In this document: piece by piece, positions 52,763 through 62,556 of the stretch
How the letters are laid out: the number at the start of each line of letters is the position of its first letter
Numbering within the stretch: position 1 is the first letter of the stretch
Assembly: GCA_047967505.1 (NCBI GenBank)
Contig: CM106538.1
Reading direction: 5' to 3' (one strand)
Length of the DNA stretch: 64,000 bases
Origin: Dipteris shenzhenensis
Taxonomy: Eukaryota
Notes under the pieces: model-generated
The model's input: the letters and a program-made list of their open reading frames with translations, nothing else
Told to the model about the DNA's origin: nothing
Databases searched by the model: none
Translations under genes and position numbers: made by a program

Positions 52763-54119
52763 TATAAGTACTTGAGTAAGAAGTTTGAATACCTTGATAA
52801 GGGTCCTTCTAATAATTAAGGAGTTGGATGGTTGACCTTGATTGTTATGATTGAGAGGGCATTTATAAGCTCAAAAGTAAATACTAGCCACATAGATAAT
52901 GATAATAGAGGACAGCCCATGGGTGATGGAAGAAGCATCAGGAGCTGTAGAGGTAGATTGGCAACAACCATGATTAAAGCTATGAAAATGAGAAATAATG
53001 GAATCAAAATATCTCATAGAGTTCTTGTTTGGATATTGCAAAAAGCACACTTCTCTACCATAAATTTTAACAAGCGTACATGCATGCACAGTCTTACAAT
53101 CCTCCAAAAAGGAACAAAAACCAAATATCTCAACCAATGAATATCATGACTTGCAAATTTTGTGTCTGGTATTGTCCACAACAAAAATGTTGGGAGTTTC
53201 AAAGTCTCAAATAGTTCGAGAAATTCCAACATCTCAAAAGAATGGATCTCAATATTTAGAAATATAAAGCTCTAGTCGAGGAGCTCTAGTCATCATCCAC
53301 ACCAGTTGGTTGATCTGTTATTGGAGTCATGCAAATGCCGATGAGCTAGTAGATAGTCAGTGTGCAATAAAGCTGGATTTATCTCTACCAACTGTGTATC
53401 TGTTGGATTGCACAAATCTTTTGTAGATTGTTGTGTTTGTGTCTCTTCAGAGTAAACAACGGTTAGTCATATTTAACCATGTTTGAACTATAAACATTAG
53501 GATTGAGTAAAAACTCAAGAAAGAGTGAGCATTGTGTGACTCCAACCATTACTAGTGACTTAGGTTAAAATCCATGCATAAGCATAAAAGGATTTCTAAT
53601 AGGTAAAAATCTAGTCATCTTTGTCAATGAATATACTCAATGAATATACTATAGCCCATATGGAATCATGACCCTTGTGCATTTGTGGTAAACCTGTGAT
53701 AAAATCCAATGGATTTTCAAGGGCTATATTAACCCCATGCTTTGAATGCGTTCAGCCTTGGTCACTTGACAAGGAAAGTATGTTTCACAAGAGATAGAGT
53801 CTCGTGTACGCTAGGATGTCTTGCACTAGGTGCATCATGACACTCCTAGAGAAGCTTAGATTGAAGATTCGACACATTCGGTACACAAATTTTATCATTT
53901 TGGAACAACCCCCCATTTCGAATCATGAATTGATTAACCTCCTACTGCTTGTATAGTAGGTAGCATAATCCCTGAGACTTTGTCAATCATTGAGCTCCCA
54001 TCCTGGACTTTTGTCAATATTGACTGAAATGACTATTAGTCGTGCAAAGCCCTCTCAAGGATTGAAATAGGTTAGAGGATATCTCAATAAATGATAGAGC
54101 ATTTACAAACTTGATCTGA

Positions 54120-54464
54120 CTTAAAGCATCAACCACACTATTTAAGGAAACTTTACGATTTGCATTAGCTCAACCCATCTATCCTTTCTTTCCCTAAGTC
54201 CAAACCATCACAAACATACTTATTTGACTGATGAGTGATTAGGAAATATAACAAACTTAGAACCATAGACATAGTGTCTCCAAACCTTGAGATCATACAC
54301 TATAGCATAAAATTCTTTTTCCATTGTGGCTAGCGATATTGATTGTCATCCATCTTTTTACTTTCAAAAGCTACAGGTCTACCCTCTTGGAATAATGCTG
54401 CCTGAATCATATAAACACTCACACTGGCCTCTAAAACATAAGGCCGAGTAGGATCAAGCAGTGC
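54120..54464 (-). pseudogene. Ty3/Gypsy RNase H fragment
   Basis: LDPTRPYVLEASVSVYMIQAALFQEGRPVAFESKKM resembles the Gypsy RNase H pattern PDxxxPFxLxTDAS..GAVLxQ.G.PVAF.S.KL. Confidence 0.7.
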
Positions 54465-54769
54465 AACCAAGTCCCAACTCTTGTTCTTCATGAGCGAACT
54501 CATCTCTGATTGCACAGCATGCTCCCACTTGCATTGATCGGCATGCATCATAGTCTCTCTGTAGTAGGAAGGCTCCCCGCAATCAGTAAGCATCACATAG
54601 TTTGTCCGTGGAACAAGTCTCTCAAGTGGTCTAGACACTCTACCAGATCTCCTCATGGGCATTTCAGCTTGCTGTCCTACTAGCATATCAGCCTCATTTG
54701 GCTCATCATTTCCACCAATACATGATCCATCATCTGCCCTTGATTGTGTACCTATGGGAGAACCTGGTG
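54465..54769 (-). pseudogene. Copia-1-family INT-RT linker fragment, inverted relative to the adjacent RT
   Basis: Homologous to ~17655-17957 (QVEMPLRRS..YVMLTNCGEP..WDLV). Confidence 0.85.
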
Positions 54770-54770
54770 C

Positions 54771-55981
54771 AAAGAAATCATTGCCATGTAAATGGGTCTA
54801 CAAGATGAAGGTCACAGGTGGTGATGTGCCTAAGTACAAGGCTCGTTTAGTTGCTAAAGGTTTCAAGCAAGAGAGGGTGTAGACTTTGATTATATCTTCT
54901 CTCCGATTGTGAAGATGACCACACTTAGATGCGTACTTAAACTTGTGGCAGTAGAGGATATGGAGCTTATGCAGATGGATGTCAATAGAGCTTTCTTGCA
55001 TGGGGATATGCATGAGGAAATTTACATGGTACAGCCGGAATGATTTGAAAAAAATGGCAAAGAATATTTGGTTTGCAAGCTGAAAAAGAGTCTCTATGGC
55101 CTTAAGCAAGCGCATAGAGAATGGTATCAGAAGTTTGATGCTTTCATTCGGTCCCAGGGTTTCAGAAGAAGTAAGATTGATCACTACCTCTACACTAAAA
55201 GGGCTAAGGATAATAGCATGATACTCTTGGCACTTTATGTGGATAATATGTTATTGGCTAGCGAGAACACTTATGAGCTGGATGCATTGAAGGCCAAGTT
55301 GCATGAGGCCTTTGACATGAAGGATTTGGGAACTATAGGTCATATTCTTGGTATGCACACCATGCATGACCAGAGTAGGAAACTCCTTCGGCTTTTACAG
55401 AAGGAGTATGTTACAACAATGTTGTAGCATTTCAATATGGAGGGGGGAAGGCAATAAATACTCCATTTCCTCCATATGTGAAACTAAGTCAGGCAGATAG
55501 TCCCAAATCAGATGAGGAGAGGGCCATGATGGCCAAGGTTCCTTATGCATCAATGGTTGGGGTTCTTATGTATGCTATCATAGCATACATAAGACCGGAC
55601 ACTGCATTTGCAGTGGGAGTTGTTAGTCGATATATGGCTAATACAAGAAAGAGGTATTGGGAGGCAGTTAAGTGCATTATGAGGTACATGAAGGGTTCCA
55701 AGGAGATGTGCATCTGCTTTGAAAGAGGAGATATGCATGTTCTTAGGTACACAGATTCAGATTATGCAGGGCATGTGGATAGTAGGAAATCCACTTCTAG
55801 TTATGTGTTCACCTTTGCAGGTGGTGCACTATCGTCGATGTCTTGCGCACAGAAGTGTGTTGCTTTGTCTACCACAGAGGCTCAGTATGTTGCAGCCACA
55901 AAGCATTGCGAGGAGGCTATATGGCTTGATCGGCTAGTGGGAGATTTGGGGATTCATACAGGTGTACCGACATTGCATAGT
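54771..55981 (+). pseudogene. pol: Copia-1-family RT/RNase H fragment
   Basis: Colinear with ~17972-19150: KKSLPCKWVYK, LKKSLYGLKQA, LYVDNML, YTDSDYAG, STTEAQY. Confidence 0.9.
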
Positions 55982-55989
55982 AAGAAGAG

Positions 55990-56893
55990 ATAGGGTGTAG
56001 CTCCGAGGAGTCCAACTCAGAGGGTAATGTGGAAGGAGTGGCGTTTGGTCTTTGTCTTGGTGCTAATCGAGATGAGTCAAGAAGGAACAAGGTGGTGGTG
56101 CAAGAAGACCCTGTAGAGACACTTCATGTCGAGGATGTGGAACACACTAAACGATGCCAATGCAATGAAGAGCTTCTTGGTGATTCTCTATCAAGGTAGT
56201 GAGAAGCTCCAGTACTTGGATATGTTAGATTATTTTCCATGTCTCTTTGTAACAAGCTATTCACAGGTTTGACTAGTCTCTCTTGTGGAGCACAAGATTG
56301 ATTTGAAGCTAGAAAGCAAGCCAGTTGTGCAACACTTAGGGCGATTGGGGGTGATCTAAGCTGAGGCACTAAAGAAAGAGGTAACACAACTACTTGAGGC
56401 AGGATTCATCTTTCCTATTGATGATTCAGAATGAATATCTCCTATACTTGTCACACTAAAGAAAGGAAATAAGTGACGGGTTTATGTGGACTTTCGTCCT
56501 TTGAATGCCTACACTAAGAGGGATCATTTTCCTTTGTCATTCCAAGATGAAATACTAGACCAAGTAGCATGGCATGAGATGTATTTTGTATGCAATGGGT
56601 ATTCTCGGTACTTTCAAATTTGTATTTGGGAGGAAGATCAAAAGAAAACATCATTTATCACACCTTGGGGAGTTTTTACTTATAGAGTCATGCCTTTTGG
56701 GTTGACCAATGCACGAGCTACATTTCAAAGGTTCATGAGTCAAGTGCTCGAGCCTTACTTGGGAAAGTTCATAAGGGTGTTTTTGGATGATTTTTGCATT
56801 TATTCTCGGTGCATAGATCACATGGAGAAGTTAAAGATGGCCTTAGCTAGGATTGATGAAGCAAAAGGGTGTCTAAATCCTAGCAAGTGTCAT
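55990..56893 (+). pseudogene. pol: Gypsy RT N-terminal half, same element as 47607-50129 but opposite strand
   Basis: LLEAGFI, VDFRPLNAYTKRDHFPL, YRVMPFGLTNA, RVFLDDF. The last 120 bp are the reverse complement of 50007-50129. Confidence 0.9.
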
Positions 56894-57655
56894 AATCACT
56901 ATATTAGAGAATTTGGGAAAATCCCAATTCCCACGAAATAAAATATAGTCACTTTAAAAGTAAAATTTGATGTTTTTTATTGAAACATTAGCTCCATTGA
57001 GGACCATGCACAATACTTTCCCAATTCCTAGAAACCCAAGCAAAAATCTTCCGTATGTTGCTATGGCAAAAGGCCTTAATAGATGTGAACATGGCTCCAT
57101 GGCCAAAACATTTGTTGATTTGCTAGTGAAAGAAAGATGTTTGTTGTTTCGTATGCATCAAAACCACAAACAAAAGCCAATTTATAGATGTTGCATTAGG
57201 AAGATTCATTGGAGTAAATTAAATTGCAGTATTGATATATGCAATAGGATTGTTATTGATCTTTAACATCCATCATATAAATGTGGTCTTCAAAAACAAA
57301 ATTAAACTTGCAACAACTGTTAATTTTTATTTGGTATATTAGATGTATCAAATTAATGTCAAATGCATATGTTTCTATGTTGATAAATTGTAGTATTGAC
57401 ATATGCAATAGGATTATGGTAGAGCTTTGACATCCATCATATAAATGTGGTGTTCAAAAACACCGTTCCATCACAATTTCCATCACAATAGAGCTCATGA
57501 AACTCTCCATCACAATAGAGCTCATGAAACTCAGAGACATGGTCTTGATAAAAACCTTTTTTTTAATTGCTTTCTTGTACTAAATATAATCAAAACCATT
57601 GACACATAGCCAATTTTTCACCACATCGTTTAACATAATCATTAACAATTCCATA

Positions 57656-58213
57656 CTAGTATTCATACTCACAAAGTAGCTCATCTCCAAAGGAGATATC
57701 CTTTATGGTTTGCATAGTAATGTAGCCATGGGCACTCAAATTTCCTTGTGACTTTTGAGCCCAAGGTGGTAGTTTAGGGATGTATACAAATATAACATTT
57801 GTTCTTTCTTTATAATACATTGAGCTATTTATATATCCAGCAATGTTTCTATACAATACATCTCCCACAATACATTTCACATCTGTCAATGGCTCAATGA
57901 ATGGATCTTCAAACATTCCATAAGTCTTCATCCTTGGGAAAAACTTGAGGAGAGATCTCCAAGTATCATAATCATACTTTGGACCATTATATACCATCAA
58001 ATCTTGTTTTTTCTTGATGCTCGTATGTACAAAAAGACCATATCCTACCCTAGGTATTGTTGATTTCTTTACTTCATATTGGATGCCATTCATTTCGAAC
58101 ACGTGCTCAATGGGTATGGGCAATTTATGTTTCCATAAGCCATTGGATTCAGGATCAAAATTTGTAATAAGATAGCTCTTCAACTTTTCAGGACAATCTG
58201 CAACACCTATCAT
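57656..58213 (-). CDS. Compact SET-domain (lysine methyltransferase-like) protein or terminal exon
   Basis: VKKSTIPRVGYGLF (GxGxF motif I), NIAGYINSS (variant of RFxNHS), IKDISFGDELLCEY (GxELxxDY); open for 185 aa. Confidence 0.8.
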   Translation of the reverse strand: MIGVADCPEKLKSYLITNFDPESNGLWKHKLPIPIEHVFEMNGIQYEVKKSTIPRVGYGLFVHTSIKKKQDLMVYNGPKYDYDTWRSLLKFFPRMKTYGMFEDPFIEPLTDVKCIVGDVLYRNIAGYINSSMYYKERTNVIFVYIPKLPPWAQKSQGNLSAHGYITMQTIKDISFGDELLCEYEY

Positions 58214-58460
58214 ATGTTTAAAATCAAAGAATCATTCTTTTAGTGGAGGAATACAAACTCACATCACAAAGCACATAGCATTTTTTGGACAAGGTACTAA
58301 CTCAATGTCTATTAATTCTTTCACAAAACAAATTGGAACATAATGTTTTGCAAATTGAATCTAACCAAATAGTGTCCAAATATAAATCAGAATGTAGGTA
58401 CAAATGTTTTAGTTGAGCATTTGTGTCTACAACTCTAATTAACAAGATCACTCACATTCC

Positions 58461-59749
58461 CTAAGGGTTGTCTATGCAATAAAATCGAATCAAGTTGGCT
58501 AAGAATGCCCTTGCAGCATCGGTAGTGATTCCCCTTTCCTTGCATCCAAGAACCATAGCAAAGCGTTTTGCCTCACTATCTTTCGATGGCCCCATTTTGG
58601 CAATTTTTCCTAGCATGCATTCTTCCTCTTCATTCAATGTAACATGTTGAGCATGCACCATACTTCTTGTAGTAGGACAAGTCCCTCTCACTCTAGTTTT
58701 GTTTATAGGTGAAGTAATACCTTTCTCTGTGTCTTTTCTTGAACTACGAGTAGACATATGAGATTCGACATTCATCCTTTCGAGAACTTCTTTGTTTTTT
58801 TCTTTGAATTCAAGGATCACTGGTTGAAAATAATAGAACATATCATGCCCTTCGACAATCGGAGCTTGACCAAATCTGTTAGAAGAGATGGCACTGCGCA
58901 CATCTACTGCATCATCTAGCATCTGTAGGTACGATAATAACTCATGAAGCAAAATAGAATCACCACAATCTATATCAAATTTTGTAGGGAAAATGCAATT
59001 TTCTGCTGGATTAACACAACCCGTGTAAGGCAAAACATCAATGAACACTGTTCTTGTTGGTTTGCATTCCTCTTTAAAACAACACCACACTCTCATTAAT
59101 GGTTTAAACTCTGCTTCCACATTCATCCTATCTGGTCGAATGATTCTACTCTTTGTGTGCTTGTGGCATGCCATCACACCCCAAACCATGAAGAAATGTA
59201 ACTTTCTGTTAACATGATGCTCCAAAGTGTCCAGCATGTGTTGCACCATGCCCTTTTCTCCTGCAGTGGACCAAATGCCAACATGGTAGTGATCGAGCAA
59301 CCATTGTAGAAACTCTAAACACCCAGGATGGAGAACAAGCCAATGCTTCCCATTGTGCAAGCTCATATGTTTATTTGACTTCAAAAAACAACGCTCGAGC
59401 AATAACCCTTTCAAATCTATTATCACTACTAGTCTTATTTTTGTTATCACCTCTTTTGACATTATTTCTGAGGGTGACATTATGTCTTCTCCTTTACCTT
59501 CTAAGATTTCTTCTTGCACCTTGGCTTCATACAATGACATTGCATCTTCTCCTTTACCTTCTAAGCTTGCATTCACATTTGTCAATGGAACATTAACTGT
59601 AGACATTGCATCCTCAACATTTTCAATCAACCATGTTGAGCTTGGAACTTGCATGCTAATGTTCAAATTAGGCACATAATGAATCATTGGATCAGGTGTC
59701 ACATGTATAGGCAATGCTTCTAGCGATGTGAAATTGAGATGGCCAATAT
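58461..59749 (-). CDS. FCP1/NIF-family HAD phosphatase-like exon
   Basis: VVIIDLKGLLL (motif I variant), HPGCLEFL..VGIWSTA, TVFIDVLPY..NPAENCIFP. The exon starts after acceptor TTTCCTTGTTTATCAACAG at 59750. Confidence 0.75.
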
Positions 59750-60448
59750 CTGTTGATAAACAAGGAAATGAAATTCATAAGTAGAAACAAACTAAAGATT
59801 GAGATGGAAAACCAAATTGTCAAACTTTAGGTTGTGTGCTCAATGCAATTTGTTTGTGTGAAAGCATTCATGTTTTTCTTTTTCAAAACAAAATTGGAAT
59901 ACTAAAAAAAAGAAAGCATTCATGTTCATATGCTTAGTATACCCCCTAAAGTTGTTGAATCTATACCCTTTCAAGTTATTTTAATCCCCAAAACTACATA
60001 TCCTTACAATGCCAAAAACCTTTGCATAATAGATAGAGTGGAGTCCTACATTATCTAGCATTGCCCGAGTGTTCCCACTAAGAAAAGATTTGGCCAAATG
60101 GCCAAAACATATTTGAGCTTTCATATGAAGTGAATAAGGATAGAAACAACAATTTACACTAATTCATTCATCACGATCAAGACTCAACACACTTTTTAAC
60201 ATTTATGAACTCATAAATAAATTTGGATGTGTATCACACTCCAAAGGTATTACAACATGCAAACACATCTTTTCATGAAATATAGAAAATTAAACATATT
60301 CAAGAATACATATTAATGTTTGAATTATGGCAATGAGACAGAAGAAATTTCCAAGTACTTTGGAACAAAATTAATACATCATATGGAGAATATAGCAAGA
60401 TAACATATGGAAAACACGAACACCATATAAAAGGACAATTTCAAGGAC

Positions 60449-61964
60449 CTGTTGCTTCCTCTTCTGTTTCCCAAAACTTTGAAGCATGTTTTTGTAAATG
60501 CTCACGCTGCTCTTCATTAAAGGGTTGAAGCTCTTTTTGTCCTAGTATGGTATCAATTTCTTTATCCCCTCCACCTTCAATTGTATCATCTTCTTTTGGT
60601 ACCCCCTCTATTGCCAATATTGGTTCTTACAAGCCAGCCCATTGTCGAATTTCATGATTACTGTAAGCATACATGCAACATATACTTTCAACCTTTGCCA
60701 ACTCCTCATAAGTCTCAACAACTAAAACAACACGCCTCTTACAAGAAAGAGACTCTATTGCAGCAAGCCCCTCAGAGAACAAGTCCAATACATACTCATC
60801 TTCTCGACAGAAACCCATGATCATGTCTTTCATGATACTTGAATGTTTTCTTTTCAAGGATAATTCAATGTCAAATTCATCATCATCATCCTCGTCATCA
60901 TCATCCTCATCACCTGATTCTTCTGCACCACTTGATTTTTCATATTTTTCATCTGCAACATATATTGATGGCTTACATTGTGCATTGGTATAGCACTCAA
61001 TATCATTGAAATGCTTTTCCTTGCTTACCAGTACACACGCAATTAAGCCATCCATAGATCCAGTGACAAATATATCTGCAGTTTCAAAATTAAGGCAACC
61101 GAAGTGTATTTTATATTGTCCGCATGTCTTATTTAATGCATTCTTCAAACATGATACATGATCCATGGTCAAGAACGCCACAAGAAGGAATTGCACTAGG
61201 GGAGAAGCGATTGTCATCAAGCTTTTCAACAAACACTCAAAGCGATCCTCATTCCAATTTCTACTTCTGCTTGGTCCATACATTACATCCAAAAAGGCAA
61301 CCCCTATTGCCATTGGCTCTTGGTACACATTATGTATAAATTCCATTCCCTCCATGTTTGAACTGACTGTGTAGAACCTCCAAGGCCGGGTGGAATTCGG
61401 TTCATGACTTGCACCTTCACTTTGTCCCATAATCCACCTCAGATACCCCTTTGCAGCATTAGGCAATGGTGGAGTTTCCTTGCCGTGTTGAAGCTTCACT
61501 TTTAACCATGAGTCAAAGCAACCACGAATCCGATGATACAATTCTGGAGTAATTTTAAAATGTAATCTGCACTCATCCCAATTTTCTAACATTAAAGAAG
61601 GCCGTCCTGCCGATATAAACATATAAAGTTCTTCTTGTAGTGCAGCATCTCTCTTGATCTGCATAGCTCGTCCTTTAATATCAAGAATCATGGCATCAGT
61701 CTTTGTTTTAGCTATGACTACTCTACCTTCCTTAATGTCATTTTGAATTTGACTAATTTGATCATCACTCAATCCACGCAAGCATCTAAACATTAAGACT
61801 GTGGGTTGCCTACGGCATTTTCCATCTTGTGAATATTTGCCTGCAATGTAATCCTCAAGGATGGAGATCCAACCATCATAAATGGCATCGCTTGTGATTA
61901 TCATATGTACATCCTTCGTGGCAAAGCTATTGCCCAATGTTACCTTGCCAGTGTCAATGAAAGC
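60449..61964 (-). pseudogene. Exon with helical region, beta-class amino (N6A/N4C) DNA methyltransferase-like domain and acidic tract; one in-frame TAA at 60627-29
   Basis: IGVAFLDVMYG (DPPY-like motif IV, 61289-61278) lies upstream of REDEYVLDLFSEG..RRVVLVVE (SAM-binding motif I/II, ~60791-60720). Acceptor TTTTGCAG at 61965, donor CAG|GT at 60448. Confidence 0.6.
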
Positions 61965-62049
61965 CTGCAAAATATATGAATCCATTATAATGCAATAATT
62001 AAGAAAACCGACTTGTAAAAAATGATTCATAATTAAAATCTGTACTTAC

Positions 62050-62556
62050 ATCCCAATTCTGACGATCTGGATGTCCTTTTGCAAGCCCTTGTTGTGCTTT
62101 TTTGGGTATGTTAAAGAGAATCCATTGTCCCCTCACCTGCTTAAGTATATCAATGTATGGAGATTGTCTCAAGATATTTTGAGACTCCAGGTTTGCCATC
62201 TTTGATATCTCCACACAAAAGCGTGCAGGACAATTCACTACAATCCTCACTAGCGGATGCGGTAGTAGTTCTTTCTTTGGGCTGTGCTGTTATCATCATT
62301 AGATGTGAATATTTTAGCAGCATATATTGAATGTTGTCCAGATAGTATCCAGTAGTGGCACTTGGTTAAATCCTTTTTATCTACCCTTTCCAGGGGCTGC
62401 TTTGTTTCAGGATTGAAAGGCATTAAATCCGCTACAGCAATAGGAGGCCTAGAGTTATAACCGAAGTCTGCAGCAAGCTTCTCCACATGCTCTTTGTTCA
62501 ACCCTCTATATACATAGCTTGGAGGAGCTTTTTGACATCTTGCAACTGGAATTGAA
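62050..62556 (-). pseudogene. Exon encoding a ParB/Sulfiredoxin-like domain; one frameshift at ~62251, 5' part cut by an LTR insertion
   Basis: SIPVARC..YRGLNKEHVEKLAADF..YWILSGQHSIYAAK..VRIVV..N matches the ParB N-terminal pattern (R-x-L..V..LA..; hhhxGxHR..A). Donor GAT|GTAAGT at 62049. Confidence 0.65.

Noticed and set aside
61635-61645. TTGTAGTG as the CACTA 3' TIR
   Set aside because: It lies inside an open exon, is followed by CAG rather than CAT, and has no subterminal repeats.
60449-62556. Bacterial or phage contamination as the source of ParB-MTase
   Set aside because: It has in-frame spliceosomal introns, a plant-type LTR insertion and continuity with plant TE sequence.
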